A stretch of DNA of 64,000 nucleotides from Bacteroidales bacterium (GTDB taxonomy: Bacteria; Bacteroidota; Bacteroidia; Bacteroidales; F082). Below are positions 8,892-19,167 of this stretch, one piece after another. The notes beneath the pieces are model-generated. The model saw nothing but the letters and a program-made list of their open reading frames with translations, searched no databases and was not told where the DNA came from. The translations under genes were made by a program, and so were the position numbers. Location of the stretch: the NCBI GenBank assembly GCA_045656905.1, contig JAZOSA010000039.1:417-64416 (forward strand). Reading direction: 5' to 3'. Positions within the stretch are counted from its first letter, which is position 1. Each line of letters starts with the position of its first letter.

Positions 8892-9038
8892 TTCATAATG
8901 CATAATTCATAATTATGTAGAGATGTTTCAAGGTTTCCTAAATATACATACATGTTGAAGCATCTAATTAAGAATAATGTAGAGAAGTGTCGATGACACT
9001 AAAATTAACAATATGTATAACTCTTTAAATAAACCACT

Positions 9039-9611
9039 ATGAAAAAACTAATCTTATTATTTGCAATGGCATTGGTGATGCAATCGTGTTACGTAACAAT
9101 AGAAATTCCACCATGTATGAACGGTAATTTAACTCCTGAACAGACAAATAGCATCTACTGGTTGTCTGATACAACTTCATTAATCGGTTTAACTAATGAC
9201 GGTCGCATCTATGCCGTTAATCCAAATCAGATGAAAGATTTACTTGTTGCTAAAGAAAAAGCTCTCGTTTATAGATGGTCGCCGTATGAAATGGGAAACG
9301 TTATTCCAATATATTTTGTACAGTCATATTGCAATGAAAATAATATTGAATTATATGTCATTACAAATGAGTATAAATCGGCATTTACAGAAATAAATAA
9401 TGTTAAGAATCCGATGTTTTCAATGAATAATGGTGATTATATAACAGACATCGCAGATAAATGGGAAAATAAATTCTACAAACAACTTTTGGGCAACAAG
9501 TACAAGAAAAATAATTATTTCTATTACTTTGAGAATGGTGAATTTGTAAGAACAGAAGATGAAATGCTGAATGAGAAGTGGAAAAAGAAATGGACTGATA
9601 TTGAAAAATAA
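9039..9611 (+). CDS. Hypothetical lipoprotein
   Basis: 190 aa; signal plus lipobox ALVMQSC; no family recognised. Confidence 0.6.
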   Translation: MKKLILLFAMALVMQSCYVTIEIPPCMNGNLTPEQTNSIYWLSDTTSLIGLTNDGRIYAVNPNQMKDLLVAKEKALVYRWSPYEMGNVIPIYFVQSYCNENNIELYVITNEYKSAFTEINNVKNPMFSMNNGDYITDIADKWENKFYKQLLGNKYKKNNYFYYFENGEFVRTEDEMLNEKWKKKWTDIEK

Positions 9612-9766
9612 CAAAGATAAAATCATGATTAATTCTTAAAACTTTTATATATAACTAATTGAAACCAATATGAATAAAAAGGTATATAACAACATGTTAT
9701 TATTCCCTCATGCGTTTTATACCATCATATAAATAAAAAAGGGAATGTCAATCAAAACTTACTACT

Positions 9767-12070
9767 ATGAAACGAATCTTTACATTATTACTAAGCATTT
9801 TAGCTATGACATCATTCGCGCAGAATGAAACTAAAGAACTGAAAGGTCGTCTCATAGACGATGAAAAAATTGCTGTCCAATTTGCCAACGTCTCTCTGAA
9901 GATGGCTGACAACGATAGTATCATAGCTGGTACTTCTTCCGATGAAAACGGTAACTTTATCCTGAATGTTGAAGACGGAAAATACATTCTTATGACTTCC
10001 GCTGTCGGTTACGAACGTCTTTCGATATATTGCCGTCCTGCCGACCTCGGAGAGTTGAAGATGCCTCGTACCTCTGAGATGTTGAATGCGGTTACAATAG
10101 AAGGATCTCGCATAGAAGAAACACCACAGAATTTTGTCATTCTTCCTGATCCGACGGAAGTGGAGAGTTCTGGAAGAGGATTGAACTTTCTTAATATGCA
10201 GCAGCTTCCGGGATTGGAAGTCAATGTTGCTAAAGAGACAATCACTATCGACGGCGGAACTCCTATATATCAAATCAATGGCAAAGAGGTATCATATCAG
10301 AGATTTATAAATGTCAGTTCCGATAAGATTAAACGTATTGAATATAGCAACAATCCGGGAGTGCGTTATATGGATCGTGGAGCGAGCGGTATTATCAATA
10401 TCGTTTTGAAAGAGGTTGAAGACGGAGGTTCTATCGTCGCTAATGGTAAGACGGCTTTCACTACAGGTTTCGCCGACGGTTATGTGATGGGAACTTACAA
10501 CAGAGGTAAGTCGGAGATTCTGGTACAGTATAATATCAGTCATCGTAACTATGACGATGTTCCTTACGAGATGACTGACAAATACATAAGTGAAAATAGA
10601 ATGGTGGAACGTAAGCAGAGCATGAACTTTCCTTTCTATTACACTACCCACAATATTATGGCGGATTATACTTATCGTGCCAACGACAGTACGTTTCTTA
10701 TTGTGTCGTTACGCGATAATATCGACAACAACAATTGGACTGGAACAGGAATGATGATAGAAATTGACAATGGAATTCACGATACGATGAATGTGAATCT
10801 GATAAGAAAACGTAGAATCAATATGCCGAAACTTGATTTGTATTTCAGTCATCAGATGAAGAATAATCAGACTATTGAATTGAATGTCGTTGGCCAGTAT
10901 GCAATGTCATCATACGACAATAAGTTGATATATAAAAGTGACACTATCATCGAAGAATATCCGACTTATACAGAAAATCATGGATATTCTATCAGCGGAG
11001 AAGCAATGTATACCAAAGCATTCAATATATCAGAGCTGCAGTTTGGACTTCAATATCAACATAATTTCGCTTATAACGATTATGTGGTTTATGATGAAAC
11101 AACATCTATGAGCAAGGATAACATTTATGCATACGCGCAATATGTTACAATGTTAGGTGATAAGGCGAGTCTAGTACTTGGAACAGGAGCGAAGGTGTTT
11201 GTCGTGAACGATGGTTTGAATACCTTGAGTTATGTTAAGAATCTGAGTACGTTAAGATTGAACTATAAGATTAACAAGAAAATGTCATTATCGGCAGTGG
11301 CGAGCTTGTCTCCAAGTCTTCCATCTTTGGGAAGTCTTTCAACGGTTATGCAACGTACCGATGACGTTTCTGCGAATGTCGGTAATGCTGATTTGAAACC
11401 ATATAATACCTTATCTGGAAGATTGCAATTCAACTATAACGCATCGAAGATTTTCTACGCTACAGCGACAGCAGGATATAGTCATTCTTTCAATCCGATA
11501 GTATATACCTATTATTATAATCCTGAATTGAACTTGTTTGTAAATACGCCTCATAACAGCGATTATTATAAGACTATGTATTTTAACACAAAGATTGGTA
11601 CGAAAAAACTGTTTGATTTCCTTTACATTTCACTTACTGGAAATTTGAGGAAACAGGAATCTAAAGGCATTGGTTTCCATCATGAAAACCTTAATTTTTA
11701 TAGCAGTGTTGAAGTGCAGGCTGTTTGGGAAAAATTCACTATGGGTTGTGATTTTGACATTACACCTGCTATTACGTTGTATGGTGAGAATTTGACTTAT
11801 AACGAGATGTCGCAGGATATTTATGTGCAATATAAATGGAAAGATTTATATGTAGCTTTGATATGGTTATGTCCGTTCAATAAGGAAGGTTACAGATATG
11901 AATCAGAAGGACTTTCGGAAGTACATTCTTACAAGCATACCAACTGGACGGCAAACAATGGCAATATGCTCACGCTTGGTCTGACATGGAGTATCAACTA
12001 TGGTAAATCATTCAAGAAAGTTCATAAATCACTCAGTAACGGAGGTTATGACGACGGAATGGTTAAATAG
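9767..12070 (+). CDS. Outer membrane beta-barrel receptor with N-terminal CarboxypepD_reg-like domain (TonB-dependent-receptor-like)
   Basis: 767 aa; signal peptide; the LKGRLIDDEKIAVQFANVSL...SSDENGNFIL Ig-like fold motif; alternating beta-strand pattern to an aromatic-rich C-terminus. Confidence 0.75.
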   Translation: MKRIFTLLLSILAMTSFAQNETKELKGRLIDDEKIAVQFANVSLKMADNDSIIAGTSSDENGNFILNVEDGKYILMTSAVGYERLSIYCRPADLGELKMPRTSEMLNAVTIEGSRIEETPQNFVILPDPTEVESSGRGLNFLNMQQLPGLEVNVAKETITIDGGTPIYQINGKEVSYQRFINVSSDKIKRIEYSNNPGVRYMDRGASGIINIVLKEVEDGGSIVANGKTAFTTGFADGYVMGTYNRGKSEILVQYNISHRNYDDVPYEMTDKYISENRMVERKQSMNFPFYYTTHNIMADYTYRANDSTFLIVSLRDNIDNNNWTGTGMMIEIDNGIHDTMNVNLIRKRRINMPKLDLYFSHQMKNNQTIELNVVGQYAMSSYDNKLIYKSDTIIEEYPTYTENHGYSISGEAMYTKAFNISELQFGLQYQHNFAYNDYVVYDETTSMSKDNIYAYAQYVTMLGDKASLVLGTGAKVFVVNDGLNTLSYVKNLSTLRLNYKINKKMSLSAVASLSPSLPSLGSLSTVMQRTDDVSANVGNADLKPYNTLSGRLQFNYNASKIFYATATAGYSHSFNPIVYTYYYNPELNLFVNTPHNSDYYKTMYFNTKIGTKKLFDFLYISLTGNLRKQESKGIGFHHENLNFYSSVEVQAVWEKFTMGCDFDITPAITLYGENLTYNEMSQDIYVQYKWKDLYVALIWLCPFNKEGYRYESEGLSEVHSYKHTNWTANNGNMLTLGLTWSINYGKSFKKVHKSLSNGGYDDGMVK

Positions 12071-12404
12071 TTAGGAGTTAGGAATTAGGAATTAGGAGTT
12101 GGAATTACTTCGCGTTCCTTTGCGTCTTTGCGAGAGAAAAATCTATACCCAAAGTCCGTTGACTATTAAGAAAAGCCGTTAAAATCTTTTATATTTTTTT
12201 CACTTGACAAAGGAAGTTTGAGGTTGTAGATTTTTTAATAATTTATATATCAACCAATTACCCCCCCCGAAAAATTTTTAAAACACTTGCTTTTTTGAAA
12301 TAAAATTATAAAATTTGTAGTGCATAATAAAGCCTTGAATTATGAGCCATGAGTCTTGAGCTCACAACTCACAACCCATAGCTCACAGCAAAAAATAAAC
12401 AACT

Positions 12405-13292
12405 ATGAAAACATTAAAAAAATTATCAGCAATTGCAATCTTTTCTTTTGCAGTATTATTGTCGTCTTGCGATCCTGGTTTTGATGACACTTATAAAGTG
12501 AAAAACGGTCTTGACAGAGATGTCAAATTAACTCAAGGAAGGGTCTATGGAACAAACGAAAAAGTAAGACCTTCCGATACAATAATAATTAAACCTGATG
12601 AAACAAAGGTTGTATATCAGGAGGGCGGAATAGGTTTTTCTCCATTTGATGGTATAGTTCTAGATATCGACTATATTCTTTACGAAGAATACAGGCCTTA
12701 CATCATTTTTGACGACAGCATTGATTATAAAATACTTGATTATAGCAATGCAGGAATAATAAAAACATTTGAAAAATCCATCTTCAAGAAATCTTGTTGG
12801 GAAATCTTGTCAAGAAACGAAAATGATAATGTACACGAAGTCTTTTATACTATAACAGAAGAAGACTATCAGAATGCTGTCGTTTTGAATAAATGCGAGC
12901 CAAAACCTGATGTTGAAATTAATGGATATTCAGTTACCGAATGTCTTGAAAAAGACCGTGGACTAATGTATTATGATAATGATACGATTTATGTTACTGC
13001 CATAAACGACAGCAGTCTTATGATAAAAACCACAAGTACTTTATTCAATTGTTGCTCTGAAGAATTCTTTGGAGATGCATATTGGTATGAAAATAAAATT
13101 CGCATATCGATGTTTGAAATTGAAGGTGATCCATGCGACTGTGTATGTCCTAGAAGCGTTGAGTTTGTCTTGAGTAATTTGGAAATAGGAGAGACGTATA
13201 ATATTGTTCTATCGAAAGATCTAAATGGTAAATATTTCAGTTTTGAAGTCGTCTTTGAAAGAAATACAGATTTGATGTTTATCAGATCGTAA
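12405..13292 (+). CDS. Hypothetical lipoprotein
   Basis: 295 aa; lipobox VLLSSC; Cys-rich C-terminal half; no family recognised. Confidence 0.6.
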   Translation: MKTLKKLSAIAIFSFAVLLSSCDPGFDDTYKVKNGLDRDVKLTQGRVYGTNEKVRPSDTIIIKPDETKVVYQEGGIGFSPFDGIVLDIDYILYEEYRPYIIFDDSIDYKILDYSNAGIIKTFEKSIFKKSCWEILSRNENDNVHEVFYTITEEDYQNAVVLNKCEPKPDVEINGYSVTECLEKDRGLMYYDNDTIYVTAINDSSLMIKTTSTLFNCCSEEFFGDAYWYENKIRISMFEIEGDPCDCVCPRSVEFVLSNLEIGETYNIVLSKDLNGKYFSFEVVFERNTDLMFIRS

Positions 13293-13492
13293 GGGAGTTA
13301 GGAATAATTGTAGAGACGTGTCAATTACATCTGAAAATGAAAAATGAGTAATTGCTGCGTCTTGATAAATTAGGAATTGAGGAGGCGTCTTTTAAATTGA
13401 AAATTGGCTATGAGCAGTGAGCTATGAGTTGTGAGCAGTTATGCCCAAAGCTCACAGCTCATAGCTCATAGCAAAAAAATTAAAATTAGCTT

Positions 13493-14833
13493 TTATTCCA
13501 AACCTCCGCCTAAGGCATGATACAATGTTATCACGCTTTGTATCTCGAGGAATTTGTCGTTGGTCTCGGTAAGCTCTGCCTGTAAAAGATTCTTCTGCGC
13601 TGAGAGGACTTCGATGTAAGTGGCTTGCCCGTTTTTCATGAGAAGCTGCGTGTTAAAGACAGCTCCTTTTAAATACATAATCTGTAATTTGTCGCTGTCT
13701 AATCTCTTGCGAGCGGTCTGCCACGATATCAAGGCGTTGTTTGCCTCAGTGCCTGCGTCTAACAGTGTCTGCTTGAAGTTGAGCAACGCTTCTTGACGTT
13801 GCGCCTCGCTGATTTTTACTCTCGCTTTATTTTTTCCTTGATTGAATATTGGCTGTACCAAACCTGCTACGGCATTGTAAATCCAGTCTCCAGGGTTGCC
13901 GTTGATGCCTGCCCAGCCGCCGCTTCCGCTTAAGGTGATGCTAGGGTAGAAGTAGGAACGCGCTACATTGGTGGCGTAAAATGCTTCAACTAACTTATAT
14001 TCTGCTTGTCTTACATCAGGACGATTGACGAGGCTCGATAATGGAAGTCCCATCAACAATGTGTCTGGAAAGACTTGCTGCGACAATTCATTGCGTTCAA
14101 ATTCTTGTGGCACGAGACCTAAAAGTGCTGACAATGAATTCTCTTGTTCAATGATTTGTTTTTCTAATGTCAAGATGGAAGCTTCGACATTGACTTTGTT
14201 AGCCTTTGCTTGTAAGACAGCAGCCTCGTTGGTTTTGCCGGCTCTCTTCAATGCCGATAATGTTCTGATGTTTTCTTCCCAAGTGTTGAGTGTTCTCTTG
14301 CTGATTTCTAATTGTTCGTCGAGCATGAGAAGCGTGTAATAAGCGTCTGCTATAGTTGCAACGAGTTGTGTCTGAATAGCTTGTTGATATGCTTCTGTCG
14401 CTGCTAATGCAGCTTCTGCGCCTTTCTTTGTGTTACGTAATCTTCCGAAAGCATCAATTTCCCAAGAAGCGGTAGGAGTGAGGCTGTAGTTAAAACCTTC
14501 CTCCTTTACGCCTGCTTGTGCAGAAAACGACACATTAGGATAAAACGCCAGCTTTGATGTCTGTAATGTCGCTTCCGCTTGTTCTACTTTCAATCGTGCT
14601 ATCTCTAAATCAGTGTTGTTTTTCAATCCTATTTCAATTAAATCTTGAAGAAGCGTATCGGCGAACAGTTCTCTCCATGTCAATGAAGCAATTGATTCAT
14701 AGTCTCCTGCGGCAGGAATTCTGTTGTATAAACTATCAACAAAATCGATTTCAGGACGCTCGTAGTCTTTATACAGAGCGCAGCTGTTCATCGTGACGAG
14801 TAATAATATCAAAGGAATTAATATCTTTTTCAT
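13493..14833 (-). CDS. Outer membrane efflux lipoprotein (TolC/NodT family), operon 2
   Basis: 446 aa; lipobox TMNSC; a clear paralog of 4634-5998 (YERPE, WEIDAFGRL, LYHALGGG). Its start overlaps the pump stop (ATGA). Confidence 0.9.
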   Translation of the reverse strand: MKKILIPLILLLVTMNSCALYKDYERPEIDFVDSLYNRIPAAGDYESIASLTWRELFADTLLQDLIEIGLKNNTDLEIARLKVEQAEATLQTSKLAFYPNVSFSAQAGVKEEGFNYSLTPTASWEIDAFGRLRNTKKGAEAALAATEAYQQAIQTQLVATIADAYYTLLMLDEQLEISKRTLNTWEENIRTLSALKRAGKTNEAAVLQAKANKVNVEASILTLEKQIIEQENSLSALLGLVPQEFERNELSQQVFPDTLLMGLPLSSLVNRPDVRQAEYKLVEAFYATNVARSYFYPSITLSGSGGWAGINGNPGDWIYNAVAGLVQPIFNQGKNKARVKISEAQRQEALLNFKQTLLDAGTEANNALISWQTARKRLDSDKLQIMYLKGAVFNTQLLMKNGQATYIEVLSAQKNLLQAELTETNDKFLEIQSVITLYHALGGGLE

Positions 14834-17800
14834 GATTCTATTTCTTTCTCTCTTTTAGGCATTACTTTTTCTTCAATGTTTCTGAAAATGATGAATAACA
14901 CAGGCACTACGAATAGTAATGCTATTGTTCCGATGAGCATTCCGCCTACCGTTCCGACGCCGATTGATATGTTGCCGTTTGCGCCTACGCCAGTGGCGAA
15001 CATCAATGGCAACATACCGAATATCATTGTCAATGAGGTCATCAGGATTGCTCTTAATCTTGCCTTCGCGGCTGACATCGCAGCCATTGTAATCGACATG
15101 CCTTCTGCTCTTCTCGCTGATGCGTATTCTGTAATCAAAATTGCTGTCTTTGCTAATAAACCTATCAGCATCAGAAGTCCGATTTGGAGGTAGATGTTGT
15201 TTTCCAATCCGAACATATTGGCGAACAAGAAACTTCCAGCGAGGCCGAATGGTATTGATAATATGACGACGATAGGAATGAGGACGCTTTCATATAAAGC
15301 GCAGAGTATTAAGTATATAAATACTATACATATTATGAATATCATCGCTGTTGAGTTGCTGGAGTCTGCTTCTTCTCTCGACATTCCGCCGAATTCGAAA
15401 CCGTAGCCTGCAGGTAATAACTCTGCTGCTACTTCTCTCACTGCTTGAATGGCTTCACCAGAAGAATAACCGTTTGCTGCTTGTCCGTTGATTTGTATTG
15501 AAGAGAAGAGGTTGAAACGAGAGATGGCTTGCGGACCGTAGACACGGGTTAATGTGACGTATTGTCCGATTGGCGACATTTCTCCTTCTTTATTGCGTAC
15601 GAACATATTGTTGAGCGACTCGGTGTCGAGACGGTATTCTGCCGATGCCTGAAGCATGACGCGGTAAAGCTTGGAGAATCTGTTCATATTAGAAGCGTAG
15701 CTTCCGCCTATATAACCTGCCATCACGTTGAGCACGTCACCTGGTGAAACGCCGTTGCGCTTGCATCTGGCAGCATCTACTTCCAAAAGATATTGTGGAT
15801 ATTTAGTGTCGAATGATGTTGACGCTCTGCCTATTTCTGGTCTGTCGTTAAGTGCGTTGATGACATCATTGGTGATTTTCTGCAGGTCTTCGAGACTTCC
15901 GCCTTTCTGGTCTTGGATATGAACCTCGAATCCGCTACTTGCTCCGTAGCCTGGAATCATACCGCGAGTGAAGACGATAATCTTTGCTGATGTGATGTCG
16001 GCTGTCTTGGCATAAATATCTTCCATCACGAAGTCGATATTGTCTTCAATCTCAGTGCGTTGGTCCCAAGGTTTGAGACGAATGGTGAATCCACCGCATG
16101 AAGGACCGACGCCACTCATCATACCGTAACCTGTTGTGTAGGAATATGATTCTATCTGAGGAATCTCGTCTAAACGAGAGGCGATGAGTTCCATGACGCG
16201 TACTGTCTCTCCTAAGTTCGTTCCTGGAGGTGTCTGAACATCGACATTGATAGAACCCATGTCTTCTTTTGGAACGAGACCTGTCTTGGTGTTTTCTAAC
16301 ATATAGAAAAGTCCGCCTAAAGCAGCGATGACGAGTATCACCGAGAACCATTTGTTTTTAAACATAAAGAGAACGCCTCTTTTATATCTGTTGATAAGTC
16401 CTTGGAATCCAGCGTCGAATACGACATGGAATCGTGTCGAGAATGACATGCTGCCGTCTTCTCTGATGACGTAAGGCTGCATCAGCAATGCGCATAATGC
16501 TGGACTTAATGTGATGGAGTTGATGAGTGAGATACCGACAGCGACGGCCATGGTGAGACCGAATTGTGTGTAGAATGTTCCTGTCGTTCCGCCCATGAAA
16601 CATACTGGAATGAACACTGCCATAAAGACGAATGTCGTAGCAATCAATGCGTTGGAGATTCCTTGCATCGCATCTACAGTTGCTTTATATGGTGATGTGT
16701 ATCCTGCGTCGAATTTGGCTTGCACGGCTTCAACCACAACGATGGCATTGTCAACGACAGTACCGATGACGAGCACCAAGGCGAAGAGCGTAATCATGTT
16801 GAGACTGAATCCTGCGACCATCAAGAATGCGAATGTTCCTACGAGGGAAACGATGATGGCGATGGCTGGGATGAAAGTTGAACGGAAGCTCTGCAAGAAG
16901 ATGTAAACGATTAAGATAACCAAGATGACGGCTAAGATGAGAGTTTCGATGACGTTGTCGATAGATGCGTCGAGGAAGTCTTTAGTACTCATCAAGTCGA
17001 CGATTTCGATGCCTCTTGGTAATGTTTTTCTGATTTCTTCTATTTCTTTGTCGATGGCGTCGATGATTTCATTGGCGTTAGAGCCTGAAGTCTGCGAAAT
17101 CATCAAGGTGGTTCCTGGATGTCCGTTTACCTTACCGATATAATCATAACTTCTAGAACCTAATTCTACAGTGCCGATGTCTTTGAGTTTCAATAAAGTT
17201 CCGTCGTTGTCGGCACGGATTATCATATTGGCGTAGTCTTCTTCTTTGTCGTAACGTCCTCTGTATTTCAAGGTGTAACGGAACGTGTTTTCTGAGTCAG
17301 CGCCGAGTGTTCCTGTCGCTGCTTCTAGGTTCTGTTCTGCTAATACTGATGAGATGTCTGATGGCACTAAAGAATATTTAGCCATCTTGGCAGGGTCGAG
17401 CCAGATACGAAGTGAGTAGTCGGCTCCTCTTACGTCGACTTCACCGACGCCTGCGATACGTGACAATCTAGGCTCGATATTGATTTTTAGATAATTGCTT
17501 AAGAATCTCTCGTCGAAGGAGTCGTCAGGACTATAAACAGCGAGGACTTTGATACGGCTGGTTTGTCTTTTCTTGACGCTGACGCCGCTTCTTGTTACTT
17601 CTGCAGGCAACAGACCTTGTGCCGATGCGATACGATTCTGAACGTTGACGGTCGCCATGTCGGCATTGGTGCCTTGACGGAAATAAATCTGAATGCTAGC
17701 AGAACCGTTGTTGTTTGCAGATGATGTCATATACATCATGTCTTCTACGCCGTTGATGGCTTCTTCCAAAGGTACGACGACGCTGTTTTGTACTGTCTCG

Positions 17801-17964
17801 GCATTTGCACCAGCGTAATTCGCTGAAACACTGACAGTAGGCGGCGCGATTTCAGGATACTGCTCGATAGGAAGACCGACGAGGCAGATGAGACCTAAGA
17901 GCACTATTATCACAGAGATGACGCCTGCGAAAATAGGACGGTTGATGAATGTCTTGATATTCAT
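14830..17964 (-). CDS. RND efflux transporter permease (AcrB family), operon 2, taken from the internal ATG at 17964
   Basis: 1044 aa starting MNIKTFINRPIFAGV; AAGGAGGAGG lies 6 nt upstream of this ATG; paralog of 1428-4550. The computed ORF continues upstream without a stop (see next feature). Confidence 0.85.
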   Translation of the reverse strand: MNIKTFINRPIFAGVISVIIVLLGLICLVGLPIEQYPEIAPPTVSVSANYAGANAETVQNSVVVPLEEAINGVEDMMYMTSSANNNGSASIQIYFRQGTNADMATVNVQNRIASAQGLLPAEVTRSGVSVKKRQTSRIKVLAVYSPDDSFDERFLSNYLKINIEPRLSRIAGVGEVDVRGADYSLRIWLDPAKMAKYSLVPSDISSVLAEQNLEAATGTLGADSENTFRYTLKYRGRYDKEEDYANMIIRADNDGTLLKLKDIGTVELGSRSYDYIGKVNGHPGTTLMISQTSGSNANEIIDAIDKEIEEIRKTLPRGIEIVDLMSTKDFLDASIDNVIETLILAVILVILIVYIFLQSFRSTFIPAIAIIVSLVGTFAFLMVAGFSLNMITLFALVLVIGTVVDNAIVVVEAVQAKFDAGYTSPYKATVDAMQGISNALIATTFVFMAVFIPVCFMGGTTGTFYTQFGLTMAVAVGISLINSITLSPALCALLMQPYVIREDGSMSFSTRFHVVFDAGFQGLINRYKRGVLFMFKNKWFSVILVIAALGGLFYMLENTKTGLVPKEDMGSINVDVQTPPGTNLGETVRVMELIASRLDEIPQIESYSYTTGYGMMSGVGPSCGGFTIRLKPWDQRTEIEDNIDFVMEDIYAKTADITSAKIIVFTRGMIPGYGASSGFEVHIQDQKGGSLEDLQKITNDVINALNDRPEIGRASTSFDTKYPQYLLEVDAARCKRNGVSPGDVLNVMAGYIGGSYASNMNRFSKLYRVMLQASAEYRLDTESLNNMFVRNKEGEMSPIGQYVTLTRVYGPQAISRFNLFSSIQINGQAANGYSSGEAIQAVREVAAELLPAGYGFEFGGMSREEADSSNSTAMIFIICIVFIYLILCALYESVLIPIVVILSIPFGLAGSFLFANMFGLENNIYLQIGLLMLIGLLAKTAILITEYASARRAEGMSITMAAMSAAKARLRAILMTSLTMIFGMLPLMFATGVGANGNISIGVGTVGGMLIGTIALLFVVPVLFIIFRNIEEKVMPKREKEIES

Positions 17965-19131
17965 TATTCGCCTCCTCCTTCTGTGAGTTCCTGAGATTCT
18001 GAGATTCTGAGATTCTGAGGTTTTGATTGTAGCTCCTTCACGAACCAGACCTGCGCCTTCAGCAATGATAACGTCGCCGACTTCGAGTCCGCTTTCTACG
18101 ATATAGTCGACACCATTGTTACGAGGCATCACACTGATGGCGGCGGATTGTGCCTTGCCGTCGATGACTTTATAGACGAATACTTTTTCTTGTAACTCGA
18201 ATGTTGCAGTTTGAGGGATAATGATGCAGTCTTCATGTGTTGTAGGGATGATGACTGTTCCACTGCCGCCGTCGCGTAAAAGGCGTTCCGGGTTTGGGAA
18301 TACGGCGCGAAAACTGACGGCGCCAGTGCTTGCGCTGATGGTGCCGCTCACAGCGTTGATTTTGCCTTTGTGCATGTATGTCTTGCCGTTACTCATGACG
18401 AGTTCAACAGCTGGCATGTCTTTGATAGCTGCCTTCAAAGAACCGTATTCTTGTATGAGGTCGAGCATCTGATTTTCTGCCATAGAGAAATAAGCGAAAA
18501 TTTTGCTGTCGTCGGAAACAGTGACCAAAGGCTGACTGATATTGCTGTTGACCAATGCGCCGACGCGATAAGGAATCATAGAAGCGACACCGTTGACAGG
18601 CGACTTCACCATAGTATATGAGAGGTTTGTGTAAGCTTTGTTCATCTCGGCTTTTGCCAATGCGAGTTTGGCTTCTGCTTCAGCTAAATTGTTTTGCGCT
18701 GTCATAAGTTCAAACTCAGAAACGACGTCTTGTTCAAAGAGTTCCTTGCTGCTCTCAAGCACGAGTTGCGCTGTTGAGAGGTTGGCTTCGGCACTCATCA
18801 CGTTTGCTGATGCGATTTCATATGCTGCTTTATATGGAGTCTGGTCGATGACGAAAAGGGTAGAATCCTTGCGGACAAAGTCACCTTCGTTGATGCGGAT
18901 GTCGGTAATCATGCCGCTGACTTGTGGACGAATTTCAACAGTCTGGCAGCCGTTGATGGTGGCGGCAAATCCGCTTTTTAAAACCTGATTGCTTTTTTCA
19001 ACTGTGAGTGTCTTGTAAATGGTTTCAGTTTTTTTCTGAGGAACGACTTTTTCCTGACATGATGTCAACGACAAACCGATAATACCTATAAAAAATAGCT
19101 TGCTAAAATTTCTTAAATTGCTCATTCTCAT
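17965..19131 (-). CDS. RND efflux periplasmic adaptor lipoprotein, operon 2, with no stop codon of its own (reads in frame into the pump gene)
   Basis: Lipobox LSLTSC and adaptor motifs paralogous to 263-1411. The frame runs ...KTSESQNLRISGTHRRRRRI-MNIKTF. Together with the pump this gives the 1433-aa ORF 14830-19131. Confidence 0.7.
17993..18016 (-). repeat. 8-bp microsatellite (TCAGAATC)x3 plus a degenerate 4th unit, at the adaptor/pump junction
   Basis: Plus strand reads GAGATTCT GAGATTCT GAGATTCT GAGG, with degenerate GAGTTCCT at 17985-17992. Confidence 0.95.
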
Positions 19132-19159
19132 ATAAATATATAAAAATATTAATTGACTG

Positions 19160-19167
19160 CAAAATTA
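19160..19167 (-). promoter_or_regulatory. -7 box (TAATTTTG on the minus strand) for RND operon 2
   Basis: CAAAATTA on the plus strand, 29 nt upstream of the ATG at 19131. Confidence 0.4.

Noticed and set aside
14876-17143. Multiple 60-170 aa antisense ORFs inside the RND pump genes (for example 14876-15193 and 16595-16906, and also 2435-2812 and 34503-35015).
   Set aside because: These are typical shadow ORFs on the strand opposite long, highly conserved membrane-protein genes. They have no independent signals and would overlap genes whose calls are strong.
263-19131. The inverted paralogous RND operons 1 and 2 might form the arms of an invertible 7.5-kb segment.
   Set aside because: The similarity is mainly at the protein level. 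By eye the nucleotide sequences differ at most third codon positions, with no long identical stretches to support homologous inversion.
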